Assembly: GCF_030028105.1 (NCBI RefSeq)
Contig: NC_092389.1
Location: forward strand, 31,282,339-31,346,338
Direction: 5' to 3'
From: Mobula birostris
Lineage: Eukaryota
Length of the DNA stretch: 64,000 nucleotides
The notes below the pieces were generated by a model. It was not told where the DNA came from and did not search any database. It worked only from the letters and a program-made list of their open reading frames with translations. Shown piece after piece: positions 49,000-63,441 of the stretch. The position numbers and the translations under genes are program-made. Within the stretch, counting starts at the first letter, position 1. Every line of letters starts with the position of its first letter.

Positions 49000-49680
49000 C
49001 AGAACAGAGATAGAGTTGCTTAGTCCTCACCTTTCACCACACTATCCTTTGCATCCAGTGTGTCATCCTTCTCCATTTCCACCAGCTGTATTGCGATCTC
49101 GCCACCAGTCACATTTTCCATTTTCACACAGCTGCTTTCCACAGGGGCTGCTCGCTCCGTGACTCTGTTCATCCCTTCCTGTCCATCTGTCCCCCTCCCC
49201 GGCATTTCCCCCTGTCACCTGCAGGAGGTGTATCTACCTCTGTGCCTACAGCTCCCCCCTCACCACCACCAAGGGACACGCACAGCCCTTCTAATTAATG
49301 TAGAGATTCAGGTGCACCTCCTCAAACTGGTCTACTGCATTCATTTTTTGCAATGTGACCTCCACTATGTTGGTGAAACTGAATGCAGGCTAGGTGATTG
49401 CTTACTGAACACCCACAGTATGCTTGCAACTGCTCCCCTGAGCTCCTGGTTGCATGCCATTTCAACTGCCCTTCCTATCCTCACATTGACTTGTCCATCC
49501 TCAGCCTTCTCAACTTCCGCAATGAGGCCAAACGCAACTGGAATAACAACAGCTCATGGGTAATCCACAACCCAATGGCACAAACATTGAATTCTCCACT
49601 TTAAGGTAACCTATTCCCCCTGTGTTCCTTTTCTACTCCCACCAGAACACTGAGGTTCTCTCTTAGCTTGTTCACCTGAA
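49000..49680 (+). mobile_element. Penelope GIY-YIG endonuclease fragment (3' end continues at about 51000-51230)
   Basis: LVYCIHFLQCDLHYVGETECRLGD...VACHFN motif. Confidence 0.8.
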
Positions 49681-50612
49681 AGTGCATGCCACCAGGCTCA
49701 AGGACAACTTCAATCCCACTGTTATCAATCTCTTCAAGCTCAAAGTTCAAAGTTCAAAGTAAAATTTATTATCAGAGTTACATACATGTCCCCACATACA
49801 ACACTAAGATTCTTTTTCTGCGGGCATACTTACTTAATCTAGAGAACAGTAACTGTAAACAGGATCAATGAACAACAAACTGTGCAAATGCAAATTGAAA
49901 ATTGAACGGACCTTTTGTATAATAATATGGGCTTTTGACCTCTCAATCTACCTTATGGTTTTGCATCTTAATACCTTACTGCACTGCACTTTCTTTCTAG
50001 CTTTTACATTTTATTCTGCATTGTTATTATCTTAACTTATTCTATCTCAATGCACTGTGTAATGTCTTGAACTGTATAAACAGAATGTAAGACAAGCTTT
50101 TCACTGTATTTTAGTACAAGTCACAATGATAATCCAAAACCAATACCAATAAACTAAGATCAGTACCTTTTCTATCCCTTCCCCCACCCCACAACCCTAT
50201 CCAGTTCCATCTGCCCATCACCTATATCAGAATCAGAGTCATGTTTATTATCACTGATATATATCATGAAATTTGGTGTGCTGAGGCAGCAAGACATAAC
50301 GATTCAGAGATTCAAAGTACATTTATTGTCAAGGAATGTAAAAATGATGCAACCTTGAGATTTGTTTGCTTACAGGCAGTTGTAAAGCAAGGGTCCCGAA
50401 AAAGCCCAATTAAAAAAAACAAAGACCAACCTCCCAATGTGCACAGAGAAAGAGAGGAAAAAAAACAAATCATGCAAACAATTGAAGCAAGCAACAACAA
50501 CAGCATTTTGAACCAAATTGAGCCTTTAGATCCAAATGCCTGGAGCAGCCTGGAGTAGGCCCAAAGCCTCAGTATTCAGTTCATCATATTAGTGGGGCAA
50601 ATTAGACATTAA

Positions 50613-50648
50613 AGTCCTGATGAAGGGTCTCAGCCCGAAACGTCAACT
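50613..50648 (+). ncRNA. Minimal hammerhead ribozyme motif in a solo Penelope terminus (to about 50750)
   Basis: aguc-CUGAUGA-A-GGGUCUCAGCCC-GAA-ACGU-C-aacu. The core is intact, stem III is palindromic, and stem I has one mismatch. Confidence 0.68.
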
Positions 50649-50764
50649 GTTTATTCCCATCCATAGGTGCTAGCTGACCTGCTGAGCTCCTCCAGCACAT
50701 TGTGTGCATTGCTCTAGATTTCCAGTATCTGCAGTACCTTCTGTGTCTATAAAAAGTACCATCA

Positions 50765-50990
50765 GCTACAATAAGAAATATACAGTAAATATAAATAAGA
50801 ATTGCAAAAAAGTGAGCTTGTGTTCAGAAATCTGATGACAGAGAGGAAGGTGTTCTTAAGATATTGAGTGTGGGTTTTCAGGCTCCTGTGCCTCCTTCCT
50901 GACAGTATCAATGAGAAGAGGGCATGCCTCAGATGATAGGGGTCCTTAATGATAGATGCCGCCTTCTTGATGCACTGTCCTTTGATGCAT
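50765..50990 (-). mobile_element. Rex1/Babar 3' end
   Basis: QCIKKAASIIKDPYHLRHALFSLILSGRRHRSLK. Confidence 0.8.
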
Positions 50991-52019
50991 TTATTCTCTT
51001 CTGGTTTACCTTTCATATCCCATTCCCCATCATCTGACCACCATCCCCCACTCATTTGGTTCCACCTATCACTTACCAGCTTCTGCCTCAATGTCCCTCT
51101 GACTTCTATCTACTGATTATCTTCCCTTTACATTCCTAGTCCTGATGCAGCTTTACAATGCAAAATATTGATTATCGCTTTGCCTCCAAAGATGCTGCTT
51201 GACTCCCTGAGGTTTCCAGCAGTTTATGTTTTTCATTGTGACTAAAGTTGTAAATTGAATATTCTAGGCTACTTGATTAGAAATCAGAATCAGAATCAGG
51301 TTTATTATCACCGGCATGTGACGTGAAATTTGTTAACTCAGCAGCAGCAGTTCAATGCAATACATAATCTAGCAGAGAGAGAAAAAAAATAGTAATAATA
51401 AATAAAAATGATAGGCAAGCTGGAAAAGAGAGCCCTCAACTTGTCCTGATAATTGTGTATGATGCAGGGGAAACCGAGAAACTCCATCTTGGCCTCAAAG
51501 AGCAGAGAGGAGAATCAGTTTAGGTCGAGAAAAGAGACATGAAAGGGTAAAAGAGATTAATTAGAGTGCTTTGCTGGCTTCTCACTGCACAACTGAACTA
51601 ATCAAGAAATAGGAAAAGCTTGCAGTAAAGTTAACCCAATGGTCTTGGGCGTTTTTGATTTTAATATAAGTTGGACAAATAAATTGATAGAAGTAGTTTA
51701 GAGAATGCTTTCGGGTCAGTTTTGTGAAACAATATATCACAGAACCAATGAGCCCAATTAGACTTTTCCTTGTAAAATGAGACAGTGTTAATCAGTAATC
51801 TTGAAGAACCGATCCTCTGGGGAAAAGTGATCACATTATAATAGAATTTTGTTTGCTATGCAAAAGTATAATCTTGAATTTAAATAAAGTCATGTGTATA
51901 GAGATGAGGAGCACTTTGGCTAGGGTAAATTAAGGAGTTAGATTAAAAAGTTCACCAGCTGATAAACAATGGAAAGCATTTGAAGACTATTCCACCGTTC
52001 TCAGTGAATCTCCAGAGAC

Positions 52020-52220
52020 TAAAGGGACTGTGGATGCTGGAGACTGGAGTAACAAACAATCTGCTGGGTCAACCAGCATCTGTGAGAGGAAAGGAATAGT
52101 CAACATTTGGGGTTGAAACCTTACATCAGGTAATGTTGACCTGAAATATTGATCATTCCTTTCCGTCCACAGATACTGCTTGATCTGCTGAGTTCCTCCA
52201 GCAAATCATTTCTTGTTCAA
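52020..52220. repeat. Old inverted pair of Penelope-terminus fragments inside a decayed CR1 (about 51480-52500)
   Basis: cagcatctgtgagaggaaaggaatagtcaacattt versus aaatattgatcattcctttccgtccacagatactgct. Confidence 0.6.
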
Positions 52221-53509
52221 TGAATTTAGATTCCTTCGAGATATGGAAATGATTAATCTGTAGTTAACTATGGAGGATCAGAGTAGTGTTGGATTTTGTA
52301 AAAAAAAAGTTTAAAATCTTGCCAAGAAGCAGCCTTCGTTTTAAAAGAAGTTGAAGGATCAGCAACAAATGATCAAAAACATCTCAGGGAGCAGGTTTAT
52401 TATTAGAGCAAATCAATCAGAAATATATGAAAATAATTGTAAGAGATTTGACAGGTAAAAAAAGGAAAAGATTTGCTAAATAAATGTAAGAACATTACAG
52501 AATAACAATTAGGAGCAAAAGCAGCCATTTGTTCTTTTAAATATGCTCTGCAATCCATCAAGATATTGAAAAATATCAGCTTTTACATTCTTCCTAATTA
52601 GAAACCTCCAGATATTATAATCTCTCAATTTCGTCCTTAAAATGACAGACCACTTTCTTACCAAATCATTGAACCAATCTATATTCCTTTGTCGATCTTT
52701 GTATCTTCATTCCAGATTACTTCCCTGTCCAATTTATCGCAAGTTTATCACATCCAGCAGTTCTTGTGCTCATTCAAATCTCCTTAAAACATATTCTAAT
52801 TTCTCCTCAATGGAAGCTGATCTGTAATTAGCAAACTTAGGCCATCCTCCTATTTTGAAACAACCATCCTGACCTCAGGAATACATTTATGAAAGATTGG
52901 AAAATCAATCAAATATTACAATGTTTCTGATGATTGTATTACCACTGTTATTTGGTCTGAGGCCTATAAATTATTCGTTCTATTCTCTGAACAACATGTT
53001 CTTCATAACTTTTGTATATACTGTGACTCAGAAAGCCCCAGTTAAGATCTCTGAAGTTTGCTGGTAACTCCAGTAGGTTGTAATGGGGAATGAGGCACTC
53101 TGGTGGACAGAAAGCAGAGGAAGACAGCTATCAGTGACAGACATACAACTACAGTCATTGGTTGCAGAGCAGAAACACAAATAAGATGGCACTGCCTATG
53201 GTTGGCTCTATTTATGTCCATAGATAAATATTTAAATAATTTATTTATTCAAATAATGCAACACCCGAGAATTTTCCAGAGGTTTCCAGAATCATACAGA
53301 TGTAACTACCAGGGGACACACTGAACATCAGCATAGACATATTGTGTCCACTAGGAAACATACTAAATAGTTATGTGTATATAAGTAGTTATAAAAATAC
53401 TGTCAGGTAACTGATTGTTAAACTGTAAAGATAATGATAATTAAATAGTCTAATCCAACACCTTCATGTCATCTTGAACTGGTCTGAACCTTCTCCTCTG
53501 ACCTCTCTG

Positions 53510-53846
53510 ATTAATGAGGCATTTTTGCCCTCAGAACTGCCACTTACTGGATTTTTTGCACCATTCTCTATAAACTGTAGAGACTGCTGTTTGTGAAAAT
53601 CCCAAGAGTTCAGTAGTTTCTGAGATACTCAAACCACCCGTCTGGCACCAACAATTATTCCATGGTCAAAGTCACTTAGATCACATTTCTTCCCCATTCT
53701 GATGTTTGGTCTGAACAACCACTGAACCTCTTGACCATGTCTGCCTGTTTTTAAGCGTTGAGTTGCTGCCACATGATTGGCTGGATAGATATTTGCATTA
53801 ATGAGCAGGTGTGCAGGTGTACCTAATAAAGAAACAGCTGAGTGTA
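53510..53846 (-). mobile_element. Tc1-like transposon fragment
   Basis: Reverse complement of about 47280-47570, ending tacctaataaa..ctgagtgta. Confidence 0.85.
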
Positions 53847-54597
53847 TATTGAGAATATAGAAAACAACAAATGGAAGAGTTAGACATTGAGAGAGCTATG
53901 TAAAGGAAGAAGTGAGTTCAGAGCAGAAGGACTGAACATGGAAAGAGAAATGCTCTGAAGTAGAGACTGGAGTAAAATAATGAATTGGTGCCTAAGGGAA
54001 TAATATATTAAAGGAATAGAAATAGTGGGATAGATTGAGTGAAGGGTAGGGGGAAGTTTGTTACATTTTTGTTTTGTGTTCAAACATTCACTGAGTTCAA
54101 TTTTCTGGATACACCAGTGAGCAAACCTTGCATCTTTACTGTCTGGAGTGTTTATCTATATTCCCTACTGTTTGTGTAATAGGAGCTGTCATAAATGGAC
54201 GCTTCAGTAAATAGAAAATGCTGGAGTTACTCAGCTGCTCAGGCAGCATCCGTAGGGTGTGAAACAGAGCTAATGTTATAGGGTTAATGGCCATACCTCA
54301 GAACTTAGATACATTTTATGTTTCAGAGAAAGTAGAAAGGGCAGGGCAAACAACACCAGATGCCTGCAATAGGATGAAGACTGAGAGGGACTGAATGCCC
54401 CAAGTGATGGTGGTGTGGATCCAGAGGTGTCTAAAGGAAGAAACAAATGCAAACTGAGAGGAGAGAAAGAGAAGATGAATATTGCAAAATTTGGGATGCT
54501 CCTGTCCCCCCCCCCCACCCCAAGTTTCTAAAATGTGAGGGTTGCAGGATTAATTGGTATCTGTAAATTGGCTGAGGTATATGGGTGAGTGGCAGAT

Positions 54598-54995
54598 CCA
54601 GAATCAGAATCAGAATCAGGTCTAATATCATTGACATATGTTGTGAAATTTGTTATTTGTGGCAGAAATATATTGCAATACATAATAATTAAAAACTACA
54701 GATTACAATAAGAAAATATATATTAATACATTAAATTAAATGAGTATTGCAAAAAGAGTGCACAAAAAAAGAAAAAGTATTGAGGTAGTGTACATGGTCC
54801 ATTCAGAAACCTAATGGCGGAGGGAAGAAGCAGTTCCTCAAAAAGTGAGTGCGTGCCTTCAGGTTCCTGTACCTTCTGGATGGTAGCAAAGAGAAGAGGG
54901 TATTTCCTGGGTGATGGGAGTCCTTAATGATGGATGCAGCATTTTTGAGGCATCGCCTTTTGAAGATGTCCTCAATGAGAGTGCCTTTGATGGAA
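54598..54995 (-). mobile_element. Rex1/Babar 3' end inserted in a SINE remnant (about 54540-55125)
   Basis: (cagaat)n tail plus the RT C-terminal reverse complement. Confidence 0.75.
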
Positions 54996-57900
54996 CTGAC
55001 ATGGGGAGAGGTGGTGAGAATGTCTGGAGAGAAAAAAAAATTGTGATTAATGTAAAACTAGTGTAAATGGATGGTTGATAGTCAGCATGAACTCAGTGAG
55101 CCAAGGCATTCTTTACATTTTGTAAAGCCTAGCAAGCATTTTGATATCTCCAAGTACAGCCTGGAAGACATGGGTCATCGGGGTGCGGCCCCGTGGATGA
55201 CCCAGTTCCTCACGATGACACTGACTGAAGTGTCGAGGGAGATTGCAGCATCAAGACCACCGGCGGTGTTCACCGCTGTAAGAGTAAGTATTTCAGTTTG
55301 TATACTGGATGCATTCTCTGATATTAAATTTAACCATTAAACCGTTGAACATGACTCTTGTGTATGACTCTGGGAAGACTGAGTATCAGGAATTCTTGAG
55401 TCAATGTTAATTACAACTGTTGGATCCAAAAGGCTGTGATGATCCAAATAGAAGATGAGATGTATCTCGAGCGCACATATAGACCTCTTTTTGAATAGTG
55501 CAAAATGTCAAAGAGAGAGAAGTCCAAGTGGGAGTCAGAGTTAAAGAGAGGAGTAACTGCTTCCTTATACAAGTGACCCTGAGCATATCACGTTCATGCC
55601 GAACACTTTCCATCATATTCTTGCTGGCTCCAAGTACAAGACGGTTGTTCCACTTTCTGGAGCTCTCTCATCCAATAAGACTACAATGTGTTTTACATAT
55701 GGAAATATATTCTGCTCAACAGCCAATCATTGTTCAACTTCCTCTTCCAGTTCTGACACCAGTTTTCAATCTGCTGCCTGGTGTTTTCCTGATAGGTTAA
55801 TGTAAAATACATTGGCAAAGTTATCTCGGCACAGAGGACCCATAAACAAGTCTCAACTCCTTTCATCCTTTGCAGTCTCTGTGAATCTGAATGTCGAAGC
55901 AGTCAGAGTTTCCGATGACCTGCCCACTATCTTGGGTTGCTGATCTCCCTTCAGACCCCAGTTCTCTGTTTGACCCCAAACCCTCCTCACCCACTGTGGG
56001 AGACTGGTACCCAGTCAGTCAGCAAGGCCTTGTTGACTGTAAGGTTAACTTCAGCCCAGAATGGGTTGAGCATCAGGCAGGCCCTGCTCCCGTCCCCGCC
56101 ACCACCACCCCAGGCTCACTGACTCTTCCTTGCCTATGTTTCAAAACTAAAAGTTTACATTTAGTCATAGTGTTATTCAGCCCAGAAACAGGCTGTTCAC
56201 CTCCACCCCTCTATGTTGACCATCAAGAACCTACCTATATTGATCCCATTTACCAGCACTTGGCCTGTGGCCATTTTGGAAGTATTATCTCTGAGGAGAA
56301 TCGTAGTCACTGATATCACTTGAACCATATAGGAAACAACATACTAAACCAAATGGTCGCCCTGCTGCTTACAGTGAAGCAGACCAATGTCTTCATCACA
56401 CAATCTCTGCATACGCTTAATCTCTAAGCAGGATGCATCTGCCATTAATTCCAACTGATCTTTTACTTCAACCTTTGCACCATTATCCCCATATCTATTT
56501 CCTTGATTGTGCTGTAATTCCATAAGAGGCTAACAAGTTAAATATATTGAGTTTGTGGAGTCACTATTTTAAGATTTCTGAGCCTGAGCTTTTGAGCTGG
56601 GCTCTGAGACCTCATCCACACTTAAATCAGATGTTGTAAAAGTGATTGTCATTGAAAGAATGACTGTAAACCACTAGGCAGATTTGTTACAAATTACATA
56701 TCAGCATCAGGAAACAGCAGTCTGCAATACTTTTACAGAAATTAAAACTCCCATTCTTTACTTGGTATATAAATGATTAAAGATGGAGTTTTTTTTCCAA
56801 TTCTGTTTCTGGTCTGATATATTTTCCATGACTACTGTATTGGAAAAATGATTAAAATAATTCAGCAACCATTAAAATCTTGTTTACCCTTTAAAATTTT
56901 AGTAACCAAGGGGTGAGGACTAAGTTACTGTTTTACACTGTTCCACCCAACTGTCTGCAAAGCTCTTTCCAAGGTACCTGTTCACTGAGAGGTTCCAATA
57001 CAGAATTATTGAAATCGGCTTTGATTAAAACTAATGTTTTCAATTAAAATGTTAAGGCTGACTAGACTGCTTCTGACTTAGTTGACCCTTTGCAGAACAA
57101 AAACAAGTAAACAAGGTTGTGATTACCACATTAAAATATAAATCATTCCCTCTCTGTTCTTTAGCTTTCTTGTGTTTTTTTTCTTTGGCTTTTTCCCAAG
57201 ATTTGCATGGTGCTGATAAGGTCACATTAATATCTCATCCCTAGGTAGCGTCCCTGTGAAGGGCTCTGTCCTTGATCACACCAAGACTTTGAAATGCTGC
57301 TTCCCTTAACTGGAAATTAAGTGTGGTTGTGTGTCTGTGACCAAAAGTTCAGGAGCAGTCTGATACAAGCTTCTACTTGAGACGTGACCCCAGAATGCGA
57401 CCATTTTGGCAGCACAATAATACAGTTCTCCCTCCCTCGTGCTCCACAGTGACCAAATGTGCCTTCAAAAGTGTTAGCATGCGAACTGCACGCAGGATGA
57501 AACTGAAATGAAAATGGACCAGTAATCTCTCATTATAATGAGTTCAAATCCCAGAACAGTAGGTAGGAATTTAAATTCTGGTAATGAAATATATTCTAGA
57601 ATAAAAAGCTGGCATCAGTAATAATGACCATTAAAGTTCCTGGATTTCACATCACAATCTCTTAGCAAGAACAGAAAATAACTAGCAATCCTTAACAATA
57701 AGGCAAATGTAATAACAATGGCTGGAGGGTAGGTTGAAGAAAGGAATGAACATGCATCCTAGTGTAAGGACTGGCATGTGTGATGTTAACAGAGGCTAAA
57801 TGTTGCTCAGAATATAAAAAGCATGGAAGAATAAATAATATAGCAAAAAAAACACCAGAGATATGTCTCAATTTAACAGTTTCTACATCTCAGTTAGATT

Positions 57901-58304
57901 GTGTCACATTAATATAATTAACACTGAAGTTCTTCATTTACTTATTCACTGGGTCTGCACATCACTGTAATACTGGTATTTTGCCCATCCCTAATTACCC
58001 TGAATTGAGATTAGACAGGCATGGAGTTAACTATGGACCAAGCCAGATATGAATCATTGACTTCTTTTCCCTGAAAGACTTTCAAGAAGATGGGTCTTCT
58101 GAAAATGTAGGAGTGCAATGGTCACTGTTGCTTTTCTATTCTAGAACATATTTCAAATCTCAGAATATCAAACCCAAAACACCAGGACCACGAGACTCAA
58201 AAACAGTTACTTACCCCAAGATATCAGGCTGATCAACATCACCACCCATTAATCCAGCCCATAATGCCCCACCCACGATATACATATCATCTAGTGTCAC
58301 TTTG

Positions 58305-61210
58305 TCAGAATCAGAATCAGGTTTAATATCACCGGCATATTCATGAAATCTGTTGCTTTTGCAGCAGCAGTACAATGCAATACATAATAATGGAAAAAAA
58401 CTGTGAATTACAGTAAGTATATGTATATTTACTAGTTAAATTAAATAAGTAGTGAAAAATTAGAAAAAAAAGTAGTGAGGTAGTGTCTATGGGTTCTGTA
58501 CCATATAGCCTACATTATACTAAGGGACTACTTTATGTTTTAGTAACATATTGTTGCATGTGCTATTAGGCGCGTATCGATCTGTACGTGTGTGCCGAGT
58601 TCATTTTATGCCAATAAAGAACCATGAAACTTAGCTCCTGTCTCCCACATTTTTATTAATAGCATTGTTGTGTAACCAGGCCACATAAACAACAAATTGG
58701 TGACGAGGTTAATGAACCTACATCATATCGGAACGCCGTGTTTTAATTGATAACGACACTCGGAAGAAGAGCGCAAGGAATGAGCCAAGGAGTGGGAGAA
58801 GGAGGCAGAGCGAGGCCGCGAATCCGAAAGGAAGCAGGAGCACAGCATGAACATCGGGAGACCAAGAGACACAGTCGGAGCCACAGCATGTCCAGCTGAG
58901 ACCACAGCCGGCACTGACCCCCAGGGACTGAGGGTCTGCCTGCCCCAGAAGGGAGATAAAAAGGAGCGGCACACACACATCTAGACGGAGTGTGCTCGTG
59001 GCACTAGCAAAAAGGACACGTGAGTCAAAAAGGTAAATAAGGGGAAAATGGGGTTAAATTAACATAACAAAGATAGCGCTGATTGGAACCATTACAGCAT
59101 TTGATAGTGGCATTGAAGACTAGGCAAGTTACATTGAAAGAGTGATGCTATATAGTGAGGCTAACGGTGTTAATGATGAAAAGAAAGCCAGCGTCTTACT
59201 CAGTATTATGGGAGCAAAAACAGACGGGCTGCTACGGAGCTTGTTGACCCCTGAAAAGCCAGCTGACAAAACGTTCAAGCAAATAGTAGACACTCTCCAA
59301 CAGCATTTAAACCCCAGACCACTGGTCATTGCTGAAAGATTTAAATTACACAATCAGAATCAAAGCAAAAATTAATGCATTTCTGAATATTATGCTGAAT
59401 TGCCCAAATTATCAGAACATTGTCAATTTGGAGCTGGTCTGTCGGACGCATTGAGGGACCAGTTAGTTTGTGGCGTGCACTGTGAAACCACACAGAAGAA
59501 GCTTCTGTGTGAAAGAGACCTTACATTCAAGTAAGTGGATTGTTCAATTTATTTCAACAATAGGGTGAAGACCTATTTGCTTCAGTGCCGGACAATCTAG
59601 AGAAGACTTCCCCCCCACCCCCCAGAGACTTAAGTTATAAATGGGTCTTAGACAAAAAGTAAAAAAAAGACCTGTTATAATTCGATATTATTACGTTACT
59701 TTGTTATAATTTGATATTATTAAGTTGCTAAGTAAACAAATTGTTTGTATGTTACGAGTAAACATATTTATTTAGCATAGTGCCCCAGTAAAAAAAAGTC
59801 GACACACTATTTAAGTGAAAGGGGAGGAGTGTACCGTATAGCCTACATTATAATAAGGGACTACTTGATGTTTTAGTAACACGTTGTTGCATGCGCTATC
59901 AGGCGCATATTAATCTGTACGTGTGTGCCAAGTTCTTTTTATGCCAGTAAAGAACCATGAAATTTAGCTCCTGTCTCCCGTGATTTTATTAATAGCATTG
60001 TTGTGTAACCAGGCCACATACACAACAGGTTCAATGTCCATTCAGAAATTGGATGACAGTGGGGAAGAAGCTGTTCCTGAATCATTGACAGTGTCCCTTC
60101 AGGCTCCTGAGCCTCGTTCCTGATGGTTGCAATGGGAAGAGAGCACGTTCTGGGTGATGGGGGCCTTAAAGATGGATGCCGCATTTTTGGGGCATCACTC
60201 CTTTAAGATGTCTGGGTACTATGGAGACTAATGTCCATGATGGAACTGACTGAATTCACAACTTTCTGCAGCTCCTTTCGATCCTGTGAGGTAGCCCCCG
60301 CCACCACCCCCCCCACCCATACTAGACAGTGATACAGCTAGTTGGAATGCTCTCCAATGTACATCCGTAGAAATTTGCGAGTGTTTTTGGTGGCATACCA
60401 TATCTTTTCAAGCTCCTAATGAAATATAGTTGGTGTCGCCACATTGATATGTTGGGCCAGCCTTGTAGCTGCATTGATATGTTGGGTCCAGGTTAAGTGC
60501 TCAGAGATATTGACACCCAGGAACTTGAAATTGCTCACCCTTTTCACTTCAGATCCCTCTATGAGGACTGGTGTGTGTTCCCTCGTCTTACCCTTTCTGA
60601 AGGTTCTTTGGTCTTACTGAGGTTGAGTGCAAGGTTGTTGCTGCGGCACCACTCATCTAACTGATATATCCCACTCCTGTATGCCCTCTCGTCACCATCT
60701 GAAATTCTACCAACAACTTATATCATCAGCAAATTTATAGATGGCATTTGAGCTGTGCCTAGCCACACAGTCATGTGTATACAGGGAGTAGAGCAGTGGG
60801 CTAAGCTCACACCCCTGAGGTGCGCCAGTGTTGATTATCAGTGAGGTGGCGATGTTGTTTCCTATCTGCACAGACTGTGGCTTTCCGGTAAGGAAGTTGA
60901 GGTTCCTGTTGCAGAGGCCCAGGCTTCGGAACTTTTTGATTAGAACTGTAGGAATGATTGTGTTAAATGCTGAGCTGTAATCAATAAAAAGCATCCTAAC
61001 ATAGGTATTCATATTGTCCAGGTGAAACAAGGCCGCATGAAGAGCCAACAGATCCCTTCCACCATAGACCTATTGCGGCGATGGGCAATTTGCAGTGGAT
61101 CCAGGTCTTTGCTGAGACAGGAGTTAACTCTAGCCATAACCAACCTCTCAATGCACTGTAGATGTGAGGGCTACTGGACGATAGTCGTTAAGGCAGTTCA
61201 CCCTGCTCTT
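58305..61210 (-). mobile_element. Rex1/Babar LINE interrupted by a Gypsy element
   Basis: Tail at 58305, and ORF 60707-61048 [41 protein letters not shown]. Confidence 0.9.
58497..60027 (+). mobile_element. Internally deleted Gypsy (Mag-clade) LTR retrotransposon, 1531 bp
   Basis: 198-bp LTRs at 58497-58694 and 59830-60027 (TG...CA), 5-bp TSD ggttc, PBS tggtgacgagg and PPT aaaggggaggag. The gag remnant reads SYIER..EAN...LRSLLTPEKP...VIAERFK...LRDQLVCG. Confidence 0.95.
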
Positions 61211-62989
61211 CCGTATGTACAATCAGTCTATGTTACTGACACATTGTGTCTTACAGGATTGATATTTATTGTGTTGCTTATTGTGTACTTCTGCTCATCG
61301 TGTTTGTTATGTGCTGCATCGGATCCGGAGTAACAATTGTTTTGCACTCCTTTGCACCTGTATACTGAAGAATGAATCTTGTATCTTGAAATTAGTTGCA
61401 TGAATTAAAAATACAAGCTGCTTTCATAGGATTTGAACTCATTTCTCTAGATCAGTAATTCTGGCCTTTGGATTCTAGCCTAGTAGCTTAACTACTCCAC
61501 TGATGTCACAATTTTGCAAGCAATATGACCCAGAAACTTTACTTCTTTATTCTCCGGTGAAAAAAAAATATGTAACTTTGGAGGAAGGGGGACGAGCCAG
61601 CAGGTTAAACTAATCCTTCAAGTGACAGATGTTTCCACCTCACATCAGATTATTGTCATCTTAACAGCATTACCATTAGTGATATACTTTCTTGATCAAA
61701 AGATACTTAAATCTTCTAAATGTTGAACTTTCAAGTGCTCTCATGGGGTTCTGGTGTCCAGTCTGTTCGTGCTTTTTCATACTATTTCAAAGACTCATGT
61801 CTTGGGATCTTCGTGTAGTGCTTTTTGTCAGCAGCACTTGTTTAGAACCCCATTGTAATGGCCTGACTTTGCACAGAAAATGGACTTAGATTAATACAGG
61901 TTGATAAATTTGTTTCCGTTAACCTGAACATTATATCAATATGTGAAATTCACATGGACAGTAATATATAGAAGGTTGGTTATGAGGTCAAAGGGAACAC
62001 AGAAGGGTAAATAAAAATGTAGCCCTTATTTAGTTGGTTAGCTACATCTTCCGTATTCAATATAGTGATGTAATGTTTGTGTTCATTAATTTGTAAGTGA
62101 GAATGAAACAATTTTCACTGCAGGCGGACAATGTCAGCATTAAATACCTTTATTGCATGTATAACAATATTAGATGTAAAATCAACCTTATTCACTCCTT
62201 TCCTAACAACATAATGCAGCCCCAGCTGGTGATGACGATCTGCTGCTTGATCAGTGTGACTTTTCCTCTGTCCTCCCCCAGTAAAATTGCCTTTTTGTTG
62301 TTGATTCTCTGAACTGAGGATCATTTCATACTGTACAGCAGGACAGGAAGAACCAAACTATTCACCATTATGCTAATATGGGTCAGAGACTGATTCTTGC
62401 CCATAATTGCAAAGATTTCTATCCAGAGAAAGTTGTATTTAAATAAAAGAGAAAGGGGAAATGTTAAAATAATGAAATCATATTATTTTAGATTTACATA
62501 CAGAAGAGATGCACTGGATGTAGTGATGATTAAGGTGTACTGGCTTCACATAGCCCCTGTGAACCATATTCAGTCCTGATCTTTGGTGCAGTCTGTGTAT
62601 GGAGACTGTGTCTATTGCATTCACAATATTTTTTAAAAACCTGACCCTCGCATAGTCTTCTTGTGAAAGATAACTTGAGCACAATTTGCAGGAATCATAA
62701 AGCAGTAAAATCTGATAATTACCAGAATGTTCTTCTTATTTGTCAAATACAGAATTTTCTTTTCCAAAAAAATTATAATACCATCCTCAACTTCATAAGG
62801 CTCTACCAGTTTATTTCTCTAATTGAGGAACCAACAACAGAATTATTTAACAGTTTTCTGACTATAATAATTATTTGGGAAAGCATCAACTAAAATTTCA
62901 AGTCTTCTATTTCCCCAGATGGCTCACACTGACAATGAAACCCTTCCACAGGTTAAGCTCGTGAATCTGGTATAAATGGGCCATTTAAA

Positions 62990-63265
62990 ATGTACTAAGT
63001 GCTTCACTTTGCAAATAGATATGATGCATACTTAAAAATATTGCATATTGGAGAACGTCTTTTCCAGTGATGGGTCATATTTAGATGACTAATGGGTGTT
63101 GCAGAGATCAGTACTGAGCCCTCAACTATTTGCTATTTATATAAATGACTTGTATGAAGGCACTGAGTGATTTGCTGATGGCTGATCATTCATAGATAGG
63201 TGGGAGAATGCATTGTGAGGAGAATAAAAAATATCAGCAAATAGATATAGATAGGGTCAGCAAAA
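62990..63265 (+). mobile_element. Old CR1 RT fragment
   Basis: GVLQRSVLSPQLFAIYINDL...FAD motif. Confidence 0.65.
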
Positions 63266-63441
63266 GGGAAAGATTTATTTACATCTCAACTTCCTTATGA
63301 TTCAGTTCAATCACAGGTGGGTGATTGCTTTTTGGAGCATTTATCTTCAGTTGATAGAAGTGATACTGAGTTACCTGTTATCTACTACTTTAACTGCTCG
63401 TCCTACTCCTACTCTGACCTATTAGTTTGAGACCTCCTGTC

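Noticed and set aside
55876-56313. Acceptor-like site and 140-aa ORF
   Set aside because: All three frames from the acceptor stop early, and the ORF has no recognisable family.
62115-62360. Minus-strand acceptor followed by an open frame
   Set aside because: No convincing donor site or homology.
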